A DNA stretch of 64,000 nucleotides from the human T2T-CHM13v2.0 reference genome, Homo sapiens. The notes beneath the pieces were generated by a model. That model saw nothing but the letters and a program-made list of their open reading frames with translations. It ran no database searches and was not told the DNA's origin. This document shows, piece after piece, positions 1 through 19,512 of this stretch. Position 1 is the stretch's first letter; each line of letters starts with the position of its first letter. The translations under genes were made by a program, and so were the position numbers. The stretch is from the NCBI RefSeq assembly GCF_009914755.1, contig NC_060936.1. One strand, given 5' to 3'.

Positions 1-125
1 TGTCAGCCTACCCTGCAGATTTTGGATTTTCTAGCCTCCACAATTGTGTGAGCCAATTTCTTAAAATAGATCTCTCTCCATCTCTTTCTCTCTCTCTCTC
101 TCTTTCTCTCTCTCTATATATATAA
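1..125 (+). mobile_element. MLT2-like (ERVL) LTR 3' portion running into (TC)n/(TA)n
   Basis: cagcctaccctgcagattttgga...ctccacaattgtgtgagccaatttcttaaaatagatctctct matches the recalled MLT2 3' region. Confidence 0.7.
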
Positions 126-129
126 AATA

Positions 130-250
130 TGAGGAACCTAATAAAAATATATTCTATATATAGTTAAGGAACTTGTTCATTAAATACATGTATTATATAC
201 TAGAGAGAGATTTATTTTAATGAATTGGCTCACACAATTATGGAGAAACC
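130..250 (-). mobile_element. MLT2-like LTR fragment, inverted relative to 1-125
   Basis: 203-245 is the reverse complement of 36-78 (39/43 identical). Confidence 0.6.
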
Positions 251-256
251 AACATG

Positions 257-410
257 ATGTGTGTGTGTGTGTGTATATTTATATATAGGTTTTAGGTTGT
301 GTACTATATATATCATATATAGTATGTGTATATATATATAATGTGTATATATTATATATACTATGTTGTGTATACATACTCTATGTAATATATACCATAT
401 ATATGTGTCA
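257..410. repeat. (TG)n/(TA)n microsatellite and low-complexity tract
   Basis: Directly visible. Confidence 0.9.
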
Positions 411-429
411 TGTAAACATGGATTCTCTT

Positions 430-535
430 TTTCTCCCAACACAACCTCAGGAGGTAGATATGAGGAAACTGTGGTTCACAGAGGTTAAGGAGCTTGTCCA
501 AGTGTACATAGCTAGCAAGAGGTAGATGCAAAATT
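430..535 (-). mobile_element. MIR SINE fragment
   Basis: atgaggaaactgtggttcacagaggttaaggagcttgtccaag is the reverse MIR core. Confidence 0.75.
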
Positions 536-2861
536 GTAAGAACCACGCTGTCTCCATAACGCATGTGAAGACTCTTAGTTTATGCCCAGAAGAGGGAAGC
601 TGCTCAATATTAATTCTCTTCCGTTTTCCTCTTCCACTGCCTTTTGTCTGATTACTCAGCTGTTTCTGCTAATGTCAGAGCCAGTGAAAGCCACGAAGTG
701 TCGTACCATTCAATTTATAGCTCTCGTGCCATCAGGAATCTGCTCCAAGGTGATTCATGCTGTGACATTCTAGCCAGAAACTGAATCTGAAAGCAGCAAC
801 TAACTGTTCCACCACAGGATCTTGGGTTGCCTCAGTTTTCACGCCTACTAGTGGTCAGTTATGGGAGTGTGGTGACCCACTGAACACAGCCGCAGTCTAC
901 ACTGCTGAATTCATACCCAGAGCCAACCACAGGCCTGTGCGTTGGAATGCACACCTCATTGTCTCCACTTTCATGGTGTAATTTAGAAGTGAGAAGGGAG
1001 AGTGGGTAGTGGTCTGAACCTTCCTTTCTGGCTTGGTGCTGCTCAGAGAGCAAGCTGTCTTTCTCATTTGGTAGTCTTGGTTTGGAAGCCGTAAGTGAAA
1101 CAAGAACCATCCACTCTCTGTTTCTTCTCTCTTCTCCTTTGAAACCACGAAAGAGATCTGTTCCATTAGCACAAAGAATGCATTTATGCATTTTAAGTGG
1201 TTCTTTGGCAAACCAGAGGGCTGTTCTATGACAGGCTACAGACATTGTCTGTAGCTATTCATCAGATTGATAGGTGTCCTTATAATATCGATATCCCCAA
1301 ATGTAACTTCATCTCCTTGTAAATTCATCGCAGTGGGGATGCTAATGTTGGCACCAAGCTATTCTATAATTTTAAGGGAAGAGGTTTTGAGAGTCCTCTG
1401 CAGTTGGCATAACACATGTTATATCCATGCTTGGATTTTGATATACTGAAATAATTTAAAATTTGAGATAATTCTACAAAGACTGGTTTATTTCAAGTTG
1501 ATTACTTCCCGACTTCCAGTATGTAACATAGGCACCATTATCTTTTTAATTAAGCTGTTGCTGTAAAGCATATTTTAAAAAGGCCATTTAAAACTTTAAG
1601 ACTGTATTATACATTTTTATGGTCTGATGCAATGAACAATGTTTGGCATCTGTTATATTGTATCTACAAACACAGTGTATAGCATGGGACAAAGTTACAA
1701 ACATTGGAGCTTTAACTCCTTTCCCGTCTCCTGTCCCTCCATTCTTCCTAAATGATACCAAATTCTTTTCTGGTCCACAAACACGTCATTCTCTTTCATG
1801 TCTTGCATGTGCTGTCTCCTTGGTCTACAACGATCCTTCCATCCTTCATCCCCCTCCTCCTACTACACTTCACAAATTGCTGTTCACCCTTTGACACTCA
1901 GATTAAATGTCACCTCCCTCAGGAAGCCTCTTATGATTTCCTATGCTACTTCCTTGGAGCTTAATATCTATTTCCTATAATTTTCCAAAGGCATATAAAT
2001 TCAAATAAAGTTATCCCTAAACTGTCTGCCAAGCAATCTTAGAAGACATGTAGAGAGCTTGAATGAAATCTGTGCTTCCAAGAAGGAAGCATGTGATGAG
2101 CATAGACAGTTCTATTCAAAGCCTTGAGGACAAAACAATATCCTCCAGGATTCTGCTTTCCCCTAACACCCAGATGGCAGGACTAATACCAGACTCCTGG
2201 AAGAGGATTTGGAAAGTGCTGGAAAACAGAAAAAAAAAATTACCCTTGATCCAATTATCCAGTAATAACCTTTGTTGATGTTTAGTAAATTTCTTTGTTT
2301 TTTGTTTTGTTTTCAATATATGTGTCTATAGACACTTTGGTTCTCTCTATTCCTGAGGCCACAGAACAAATACCCACTTCAATCAAGCTCATTGGGCCTT
2401 GCCTTTTTTTTAGTAAAGTTTTTACTGAAGTATAACATACATACACAAAAATTCACACACAAATCCAGTGTACAGATTGATTACTTTCTACAAAAATAAC
2501 TTACCTGTGCAACCAGCACCTGGATAAAAAAACAGTATTTTACCAATGGCCTAGAAGTCTTCCTTGAGCATATTTTTAGTTATTACCTTCCCTCCAAAGG
2601 TAAGCATATGCATACTTCTCACACTAGATTATATTTTTGCCTGTTTTGGAACTTTGCACAAATGTAATCATCCAGTATATGTTTTTTGTTTGTTGGGCTT
2701 CTTTTGCTCAATGGTAAGTTTATGCAATTCATCTATGTTGCTGCAGGAAGCAATAGACAGTGTATCCTCAGGTAGTATTACATTTTATGAATATACTACA
2801 ATTTGTCAATTCATTCTACTGTTGGTTGACATTTGGGTTGTTTTCAACTTTTGGCTACTAT

Positions 2862-3401
2862 TGAGACAGCAGGCTAGTTGATTCCCTATTTTAAGATGAT
2901 CTGGAGGAAAAGGACAAAAGCCCCTCACTCAAGCTCTAGCTTATCTAATTCTCAGCCAGTCAGTAACAAAAGACCCAAGAAGCTATTAATGTCAAGCTCC
3001 TATTTCAGGGGGCTAGGGACTTCCTCAGAGCCCTGCATGCGCAGTTAGGCTTAAAACTCTAACCTAAAGTTACTCCTTCCTCATTTTCATGCTAAAATTC
3101 ATGCCTAGAGGTGGAAATTTAAAATGTTAATGCTACATACAATGTATGAAGCAGCATGCTGAGCCACTGCACACGTACTAGAAAAAACCCTCCTATACAT
3201 GTCCTCATGGAAGCCCTACTTATAGAAAGATGCTATAAAACTAACCTACACACCACCCTGGGGAGCAGCCCATTCCTTTTCCCTTATCAGTGCTGGCTCC
3301 CTTGTGCACAAGCTGAAATAAACTTTCCTTTGCTGTAATGTTTGGTGATTTCTCTTGATTTCTCTTCTGGGAGATTGCAAGAATCCAGGGTGGTGGTAAC
3401 A
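2862..3401 (+). mobile_element. ERV1-class solo LTR (subfamily not assigned)
   Basis: TG...CA ends (tgagacag...ggtaaca), TATAAAA at 3234, AATAAA at 3317; interrupts the L1M; no clean TSD. Confidence 0.7.
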
Positions 3402-3836
3402 TGACAGTTAGTACTGCTCTAAAAATTCTTGAACATGTCTTTTAATGCATATATATATATATATATATACGCATTTCTATTAATACCTAGGAGTAGAACT
3501 GCAGGGTCATAGAATATGTTTATGTTCACCTTTTAGTAGATTCTGCCAAATAGTTTTCCATTGTATCCATTTATGCTCCCATTAGAAAATCAATTGCTCC
3601 ACATTCTCTCCAACACCTCATATTGCCTATCTTTTTGATGTTAACAATTCAGGTGGGATGTATTTCATCCCAGTATAATGCATTTCTCTGATGCCTTTTC
3701 TTATGTCTATTGAACACTTGATTATTTTCTTTTGTGAAGTTACTATCCAAATTTGTGGCCCATTTTTCTATTGGATTATCTATCTTTTCACCATTTTTTA
3801 CTAGTAATTTGCTGGATATAAGTAAATCAAATATCA

Positions 3837-4155
<319 letters not shown>

Positions 4156-4308
4156 TTACACTATGACCTGCCTCTTCACTCTCTTAGTGGTATCTTTTAA
4201 TGAACTGAATTTAATAATTTTAATAAAACCCAATTTATCAATTTTTTGCTTTATGATTAATAGATTTGTGTCATATTTTAAAAATCTCAGCTCTCCTCAA
4301 GGATATGA

Positions 4309-4664
<356 letters not shown>

Positions 4665-5859
4665 CTTTCACATTTAGATCTGCAATCCAATTCAAATGAT
4701 TTTTATATATGGTATGATGTAGGAGTCAATATTTATTACTTCCACATGAATATTTAGTTGACCAGACCATTTACTAAAATATTTTTCCTTTCCCCACTAC
4801 ACTCAATGTCATACTATAAATGAGTGATCCTATATGTGTGGACCAAGACAATGTCTTTTAAGCAACCCCTTCGCAAATATGCATCTGCCTGAGACTTCTC
4901 AAATGTTTGGCCAGCTCAGAGCAAGGAATTGGGTCCCTAAATCTGTTTCCTTCCCTGTGCTCAGGTAATAGTTGATAATATAGAATCATTTTTTTAAATA
5001 TCCTGAACTTAAGACACTAAAACTGTCAGCTTAGCCTACCACGAAGAAATCGAAGTGGCACTTAGTAAAGTCTTGACATATGTAGCTATTATTATCACTG
5101 TAATAACCAACTTGGTTTCTCCTTAATCCCAAAACCATCTCAGTCTCCTACAAGTGATTCTTTGTCCCAGGCCTACTCTACTCAAATTCACCTAGACTGA
5201 TTTTTAATTAATACTAGATAAGTAGCTATTCACTTCCCTATGATTTGTTCCCTAAAATTATACATCTAATCCATATCCATAAAACACTAAAATTTCACAG
5301 TCCCTGATAAAATAGAACCATCAAATTAAGGATGTTTGTCATGACCAATCTGATTTCAGATTGAGGAAGGAAATACAGGTATCTATTGGGGTAAGGCAGA
5401 TGGCAGGTTATTGTTCACACCTAAATATGCCCAAGGTATAGGAGATCACTCATTTCTTTCATGTAAAGTGTGCTAGGGTCTGTGATCACAATGTAAGTCC
5501 CACTGTAACATTTGGGATTGCCTCAGGGACGGTGGCTTCCCACAGGACCAAGCAGTGAGAAATAACGGACAATTCTCTTTGGCTCAAATTTAGATTAAAA
5601 TGTAATTCTTTTTAAAATAAAATACAAGACTAACCCAATCAAATTATTATTATTTTATTATACCGTAGGTTTTGGGGATACATGTGCAGAATCTGCGGGT
5701 TTGTTACACAGGTATACGCAAGCCATGGTGGTTTGCTGCACCCATTAACCCATTATCTACATTAGGTATTTCTCCTAATGCTATCCCTCCCCTAGCCCCC
5801 CATCCCCTGACAGGCCGGTGTGTGATGTTCCCCTCCCTGTGTCCATGTGTTCTCACTGT

Positions 5860-9866
<4,007 letters not shown>

Positions 9867-9929
9867 TATGATGCTAGCTGGTTATTTTGCCCATTAGTTG
9901 ATGCAGTTTCTTCATAGTGTAGATGTTCT

Positions 9930-10929
9930 TTACAATTTGGTATGTTTTTGCAGTGGCTGGTAGCGGTTTTTCCTTCCATATTTAGTGTTTCCTTCGGGAG
10001 CTCTTTTAGGGCAGGCCTGGTGGTGACAAAATCTCTCAGCATTTGCTTGTCTGTAAAGGATTTATTTCTCCTTCGCTTATGAAGCTTAGTTTGGCTGGAT
10101 ATGAAATTCCAGGTTGAAAATTCTTTTCTTTAAGAATGTTGAATATTGGCCCCCACTCTCTTCTGGTTTGTAGGGTTTCTGCAGAGACATCCACTGTTAG
10201 TCTGATGAGCTTCCCTTTGTGGGTAACCCAACCTTTCTCTCTGGCTGCCCTTAACATTTTTTCCTTCATTTCAACCTTGGTGAATCTGATGATTATGTGT
10301 CTTGGGGTTGCTCTTCTCAACGAGTATCTTTGTGGTGTTCTCTGTATTTCCTGAATTTAAATGTTGGCCTGTCTTGCTAGGTTGATGAAGTTCTCCTGGA
10401 TAATATCCTGAAGAGTGTTTTCCAACTTGGTTCCATTCTCCCCGTCACTTTCAGGTACACCAATCAAACATAGATTTGGTCTTTTCACATAGTCCCATAT
10501 ATTTTGGAGGCTTTGTTCATTCCTTTTTCTCTAATCTTGTCTTCATGCTTTGTTTCATTAAGTTGATCTTCAATCTCTGATAACCTTTCTTCCACTTGAT
10601 CGATTTGGCTATTGATACTTGTGTATGCTTCACAAAGTTCTCGTGCTGTGTTTTTCAGCTCCATCAGGTCATTTATGTTCTTCTCTAAACTGGTTATTCT
10701 AGTTAGCAGTGCCTCTAACCTTTTGTCAAGGTTCTTAGCTTCCTTGCATTGGGTCAGAACATGCTTCTTTAGCTCAGAGGAGGCTTCTGAAGCCTACTTC
10801 TGTTCATTCATCAAACTCATTATCCGTCTACTTTTGTTCCCTTGCTGGGGAGGAGTTGTGATCCTTTGGAGGAGAAGAGACGTTCTGGTTTTTGGAAATT
10901 TCAGGCTTTTCGCACTGGTTTTTCCTTAT
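9930..10929 (-). pseudogene. L1 ORF1p remnant
   Basis: Fragment RRATPRHIIIRFTKVEMKEKMLRAAREKG...YPAKLSF; start codon reads ATA (aagATAaggaaaaaccag); stop in ccaaattgTAA. Confidence 0.9.
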
Positions 10930-11612
10930 CTTCGTGGGTTTATCTATCTTTGGTCTTTGATGTTGGTGACCTTTGGATGGGGTTTCTGTGTGGACGTCCT
11001 TTTTGTTGATGTTGATGCTATTCCTTTCTGTTTGTTAGTTTTCTTTCTATCAGTCAGGCCTCTCTGCTGCAGGTCTGCTGGAGTTTGCTGGAGGTCCATT
11101 CCAGACACTGTTTGCCTGGGTATCACCAGTGGAGGCTGCAGAACAGCACAGATTGCTGCCTGTTCCTTTCTCTGGAAGCTTCATTCCAGAGGGGCACCTG
11201 CCAGATGCCAGCCAGAGCTCTCCTGTATGAGGTGTCTGTCGACCCCTGTTGGGAGGTGTCTCCCAGTCAGGAGGCACAGGGGTCAGGGACCCACTTGAGG
11301 AGGCAGTCTGTCCCTTAGCAGAGCTCGAGCACTGTGCTGGGAGATCTTCTGCCCTCTTCAGAGCAAGCAGGCAGGAACGTTTAAGTCTGCTGAAGCTGTG
11401 CCTTCAGCTGCCCCTTTCCCCAGGGAGATGGGAGTTTTATCTATAAGCTCCTGACTGGGGCTGCTGCCTTTCTTTCAGAGGTGGCCTGCCCTGAGAGTAG
11501 GAATCTAGAGAGGCAATCTGGCTACAGTGGCTTTGCTGAGCTGCGGTGGGCTCCACCCAGTTCGAACTTTGTTTACACTGTGAGGGGAAAACTGCCTACT
11601 CAAGCCTCAATA

Positions 11613-11738
11613 ATGGTGGATGCCCCTCCCCCCACCAAGCTCAAGCATCCCAGGTCGACTTCAGACTGCTGTACTGGCAGTGAGAATTTCAAGCCAGTGG
11701 ATCTTAGCTTGCTGGGCTTCGGGGGTGAGAGCCACTGA
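11613..11738 (+). pseudogene. L1 antisense ORF0-like small ORF (41 aa)
   Basis: ataATGG context; MVDAPPPTKLKHPRSTSDCCTGSEN aligns with the recalled ORF0 N-terminus MAGAPPPASLPPCSLISDCCASNQ. Confidence 0.6.
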
Positions 11739-12230
11739 GCTAGACCACTTGGCTCCCTGGCTTCAGCCTTGTTTCCAGGAAAGTGAACAGTTCTGTCTCA
11801 CTGGCATTATAGGTGCCACCGGAATATGGAAAAAAAAAACAAAACCCTGCAGCTAGCTCAGTGTCTGCCCAAATGGCTGCCCAGTTTTGTGCATGAAACC
11901 CAGGGACCTGGTGGTGTAGGCACCCAAGGGAATCTCCTGGTCTGCTAGTGGCAAAAACTGTGGGAAAAGCATAGTATCTGGGCCAGAATGCACTGTTCCT
12001 TACAGCACAGTCCCTCATGGCTTCCCTTGGCTAGGGGAGGGAGTTGCCTGACCCATTGTGCTTCTGGCATCAGGCGATGCCCCACTCTACTTTGGCTCAT
12101 CCTCAGTGGGCTGCACCCACTGTCTAACCAGTCCCAATGAGATGAGCCATGTACCTCAGTTGGAAATGCAGAAATCACCTGCCTTCTGGGTCAATCTTGC
12201 TGGGAGCCATAGACTGGAGCTGTTCCTATT

Positions 12231-12240
12231 CGGCCATCTT
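12231..12240 (-). promoter_or_regulatory. YY1 site at the L1 5' end
   Basis: AAGATGGCCG on the minus strand at the expected L1 promoter position. Confidence 0.75.
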
Positions 12241-12424
12241 GCCAGCCCAGATCCAGCCGAATTATTTTAAGTATGAGAGAGGGCTCAGCCTCCTGGAAAA
12301 ATTCTAGATCTGGGTGTGTTGAATACATTTTCCTGTGCCAGAAACTATAGACCCATGGATTTCATGAAGTAGATCTATTTCTAAAAGGAAAGATGAAGAC
12401 AAATTCAGTAAAAACAGCTAACTT

Positions 12425-12562
12425 TTATTACCCACCTCTCATATATGCCAGACACTGGTGTGTACACATCAACTGCTTTATATAAATGTATCATGCAGTC
12501 CTCAGGCATACCCTAAAAGGTAGATCCTATTGTCCCCGTATTACAGTTGAAGAAACTAAGGT
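12425..12562 (-). mobile_element. MIR fragment
   Basis: tatgccagacactg...aggtagatcctattgtccccgtattacagttgaagaaactaagg. Confidence 0.7.
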
Positions 12563-14254
12563 GACTCCACAGATCCACATCACCCATACAGGAATGGAAC
12601 TAGTTGGTGAGTTGGTCAAAGAAGGATTCTCAAAGGAGAGTTCTTAAGAATAACAAGACAGTGAGATCAGAGAATCTGAGGGTCTACTCGACAAGAGTGA
12701 TTACTTCTCTGAAACTGGGTAGGAATGGATTTAATTCAACCAAGTAATGTGGAGTGGAGCAGATCTCCTCAAGGAAAAGAGTCCATGTTGGTAGAAGCCT
12801 ATATAGGACCCCAGTGCTAGATTTGAGGATGGAAATGGTGTTGTGATCTTGTAGGGATTCTCATCCCCCAGAGTGGCATCCAACCCTCTTCTGAAGGGAT
12901 GAACAAAATATCTCAGTAACTTAGCCAATGTCCCTGGCATAAAGACTTTCCTTAGCATACTGGAGAGCCCCATGTCCTATGAGCAGACAGACAGACAAAG
13001 AAGAGAGTTGAGAGCAGCCACTGCACAGGAGACCCATGGTGTCTACCTGCCAAGAAGGGAAGGAAAACATCTTTGGGAGAATGATGAATCCAAGCTGGCT
13101 TAATGTGGAGCCAAGACACTGGCTGCAGATTCTGTGCTTTGAAACTTCCTGTAAATATTTATTGAGAGATTTGTCAGCATCTCACCAGATCAGGCTCGGA
13201 GAGCCTCTACCTGGAGAATCCCTTCCAAGGTTCAACTTCTCCTGGGCAGGCAGCTGGAATAGTTTTCCCCCAAATTTCTCATTTAAGAACCAGATGGTAA
13301 GGGATATTAACAAGCAGCATTGTTTCAGCATATCAAATATTCCAACTGCAAAATGGGACTTGTTTCTCTGGAGACAATGAATTGAGTTCACCCCATCTTC
13401 TATAATAAGGTTCTGTGGAGAACCATCCTTAATAAATCAGGAATACTGATGAAGTGGTCCAACAGGCTGATGCTAGGAAAACTGGTAGGGAAGGATGGCT
13501 TTCATTCTTCCATGTTCATAAAGCAAACTCTTCCAGTGTTTACATTCCTGACTCCCCTCTTTCTGAACATCGCAAATACAGGTGGGGAAGTGGGAGTGGA
13601 GGATGGGTGAGAGGGAAACAATGGGACGAACAGGAGGGAGAGAGAGGGAGCAGGAGATGAGAGCAAACAGGGTAAAATTCCAAATAAAAGAGAAATTTCA
13701 TGGTTAAATAATGCTTAAATCTGTCAGTTAAGTTAAAAATAAGCCATTAACAAATTAAAAAGAAATTATGAGATAAATTATGCTTATTTTAAAATTAGAT
13801 TTGAAAAGGGATATTGAACAACTGAAAGCAGCAAGTCAAAAAAGAGTAAAGACTAGACCTAAATATTCCAAATTAAGATTTGAATTTGATGAAAGCAAAA
13901 TAAAATAAATATTTATAATTTTTTAAAAGGCTGAGGGCTAGAGAAATAAGATGAAAACTTTGAAATGGAAAGCTATACCATTAAGATGGAGCTAAAACCC
14001 AAATTTTTTTAAAAAAAGAAAAAAATTTGGCTAAATTTAATTTTAGAAGTGAAAGAAAGTTAAAAAAAAAAAAAGGGAACTTATAAAAACAAAAACTCAA
14101 AACAACAACAACCTGCCCAGCGAGGTCAGACAAGAGAAGCTAGGAAAGAGGAAATTCTTTGGACAGCCAGACTTTCCTCATAAAAAATTTTCCTGAGGCA
14201 TATCCCTGGTGGTAGGTTTTTTTTGGCTGGTTATGTCTTCATTTATGCATACCT

Positions 14255-15100
14255 CCATTCATTCATTCCATAAATATTTATTGTGCCAAGACCTGGGAAT
14301 TCAATGTAAGTAAAGCAGTAAACTTTGCCCCCCATGAAACCTATGGTCCAGTAGCAACATATTGTGATGGGAGAGAAGACAGACATTACACAAATGATTA
14401 CACAGGCAAATTATTAATTACAACCTGTAGTGAGAGTTATGAAGAAACAACCCAGGGGGCTCTAGGGAGTAACTGGCCTGGCTATTGATTGTATGTAGGT
14501 TGGGGATGCTCAGGGAATGTGTAGGTAGGCGGACACCAAGAAAGTCTCTCTGCAAACATATTTGTCCTGAGATCTGAAAGATACATAAGGAATTAACAGA
14601 GGCAAAGTAGGGGTGGAGCTGGCCAACATATGTCAAGGGACTGAAACAGGAAGGCTTTCGTGCATTTGAGGAACTAAAAGAAGGCTGTGGGCCGGGTGCG
14701 GTGGCTCATGCCTGTAATCCCAGCACTTTGGGAGGCCTACGTGGGCGGATCACGAGGTCAGGAGATCGAGACCATACTGGCCAACATGGTGAAACCCTGT
14801 CTCTACTAAAAATACAAAAATTAGCTGGGCATGGTGGCGCGTGCCTGTAATCCCAGCCACTCGGGAGCCTGAGGCAGAATTGCTTGAACCTGGGAGGCAG
14901 AGGTTACAGTGAGCCGATATGCACCACTGCACTCCAGCCTGGCAACAGAGAGAGACTCTGTTTTAAAAGAAAAAAAAAAAAAAAAAAGGCTGTGGCTGGA
15001 ACAGATAGACCTAGCAGGGAAGAAGTATAAGATGTGGTTGAAATGGATGGTAAGGGCCATATTAAGAATTTGGTTTTTATCCTAGGATAATGGGAAACCA
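14255..15100 (-). mobile_element. L2 3' region interrupted by an Alu
   Basis: cattcattcattcc-ataaatatttatt terminus plus typical L2 antisense motifs. Confidence 0.7.
14690..14987 (+). mobile_element. AluS (AluSc-like)
   Basis: Dimer, gatcacgaggtcaggagatcgag, poly(A), TSD ...aaggctgtg. Confidence 0.95.
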
Positions 15101-15285
15101 TTTGTTTGTTTCCTTCATGGCACTAAAACAACTAAAAAGCGTTTCATTTATTTGTCTGTTTACTTTTTTGGGGGGAAGGGTGGGGAGTCCCCTTCCTTAG
15201 GGGCAGAGACCATATCTGTCTTGAGCATCATTGTATTCCCAGCACCTACACAGTGGAGAAGTGTAAATATTTTGAATAAATTAAT
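15101..15285 (+). mobile_element. L2 3' end
   Basis: ggcagagaccatatctgtctt...tgtattcccagcacct...aaatattttgaataaatt. Confidence 0.6.
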
Positions 15286-15339
15286 AGCAAGTAATTTTGG
15301 AAGGGCCATGACCAAAGTCCAATTCTCCTCCAAAACCTA

Positions 15340-15765
<426 letters not shown>

Positions 15766-16051
15766 AACATTGCAGGTTAGCCTCTGAAGTATTGGTTACT
15801 TTTCCAAGTTTTGAGAATTACTAACAGTTAGTGACAGCCTTCCATGATAGTAGACAGCCGTCATTGCTGGTTATTGGTGACAGATTGTGCAAGTGGAGGA
15901 AGGAGATGATTGTTGTCTGTTCATGTGCCCTGACATTCTGTTCCTGAAGAACTAACACATGCAGTGATGAACAGCTTTCCCACCAACAATTTTCAACAAG
16001 TCTCAGAGAAATCTTAGTAACACTTCGAGTCTTATTAAATTTTCCCTCAGG

Positions 16052-17303
<1,252 letters not shown>

Positions 17304-17326
17304 CCCCCAAAGACTATAAACAGTTA

Positions 17327-17640
<314 letters not shown>

Positions 17641-17931
17641 AACCAGTTAACACAACAACAAAGCTCCATCAAAAATGTTACATGTTATTTGAAAAGTAAA
17701 GAGCTTTCCCAACGTCCACTCTGGCTTTTAACAATTTCTAAAATGAAGCCTGCCCTCTGTAGAAACTGCTCAGCTTCACCCAAAATAACCTAACATTCTA
17801 TGTATTTCCCGAATAAAACTAATAAATCAAAGACCAAACAAACAAACAAACAAAAAAAGAAAATACTTTTTATAAATTACTTTTCTAAATAATGTACTTT
17901 GGGAAATAATGGAAAATCTCCAATAATCATC

Positions 17932-17974
17932 TATGTATGTATGTATGTATGTATGTATGTATGTATGTATGTAT

Positions 17975-18013
<39 letters not shown>

Positions 18014-18260
18014 GAGATAGAGTCTCTGTAGCCCAGGCTGGAGTGCAGTGGTGCAATCTTGACTCACTGCAACCTCCGCCTTCCTGGTAGCTGGGACCAC
18101 AGGCGTGTACCACCACACCCAGCTAATTTTTGTATTTTTAGTAGACACGGGGTTTCACCATGTTGCCCAGGCTGGTCTTGAACTCCTGACCTCAAGTAAT
18201 CCTCCCGTCTTGGCCTCCCAAAGTGCTAGGATTACAGGCATAAGCCACTTCACCCGGCCC
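17932..18260 (-). mobile_element. Alu with (TATG)n(TTTA)n tail and a ~30-bp internal deletion
   Basis: Antisense Alu; ccgccttcctggtagctggg lacks the usual ttcaagcgattctcctgcctcagcc segment. Confidence 0.93.
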
Positions 18261-18373
18261 AGTCCTCTATTTTAAAAAGCACTTTGACAAACGTCTTTAT
18301 GAGCTTATTCTCTTATTTCTTAAAGACTAACTCTTAAATGTGGAGTTGCTGGGTCAAAGTACACACATTTTTT

Positions 18374-18678
<305 letters not shown>

Positions 18679-18954
18679 CTATTAACAGGACCTCAAACTC
18701 AAACTAATACATTGGTTTCATGATATTATGGATTAAATAGTGCCTTAATGTGAACTTCAGGTTATATATTATATATAATACTATATAAAATATATAAATT
18801 TCAGCTTATATATATATGAAGCTGTGAATTTCAGCTTTATATTTATATTTATGCATGCAAATAATATGGTTTACATGGAGAAACATAAGTTCTACATAAC
18901 CAAGTTTTCAATAAATAACCAAAACAACTGAAAAACCAAATAAATGCCAGAATC

Positions 18955-19015
18955 CATAAAAAGGGCTTAGAACAGTACCTAGCATAGTAAGGGCTGAAGA
19001 AATGCCAGCTATTTT
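18955..19015 (+). mobile_element. MIR 3' fragment
   Basis: gcttagaacagtacctagcatagtaag...aaatgccagct. Confidence 0.6.
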
Positions 19016-19149
19016 TATGCTTGGCTATCATCACAGTTATGATTACAAGTCTCATTGCAAAGGTCATGAGCACAGGGAGATCATTTACTGGGGCCATCCA
19101 TGCAATGTATCATCAATGACCCTAGTAGTTTGGAATTCTTTAGGACTGC

Positions 19150-19231
19150 TATCTGGAATAAACAGGGATTCTCTTGCTAAGGAGGACAGGGAGAATGGAC
19201 ACTGGAGCTGTCAGCTAGTGACATTGCCACA
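19150..19231 (-). mobile_element. Old MaLR (MLT1J/K/L-type) LTR end
   Basis: cagggattctcttgctaaggaggacagggagaatggacactgg...ttgccaca. Confidence 0.45.
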
Positions 19232-19344
19232 TGTGGTGCAAATCCCACACCAGGGCTTGCACCACTAGTGAGGACTTAGGTGCTTTGCCTCTGGGATAGG
19301 CAGAGCTGCTGGGAATGGGACTTCTCACCCATGGTGTGTACCCA

Positions 19345-19512
19345 GGTGGTACCTTATTTTACTTTCTGAGCCTGGGTTTTCTCACATGCAAATAGAGATA
19401 ATAATAATGCTTGGTTCTTCGTAGCATTGTTGTGAGAATTAAATGAGACACAAAGCAGCTTAGCATGGCACCTGGCCCATAGCAGGGACCCAGAAAATAT
19501 TGGTAATTATTA
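19345..19512 (+). mobile_element. MIR
   Basis: tctgagcctgggttttctcac...ttgttgtgagaattaaatgaga...gcacctggcccatag. Confidence 0.8.

Noticed and set aside
10612-11298. 228-aa plus-strand ORF
   Set aside because: Antisense to L1 ORF1/5' UTR with a non-ATG start; common L1 artefact.
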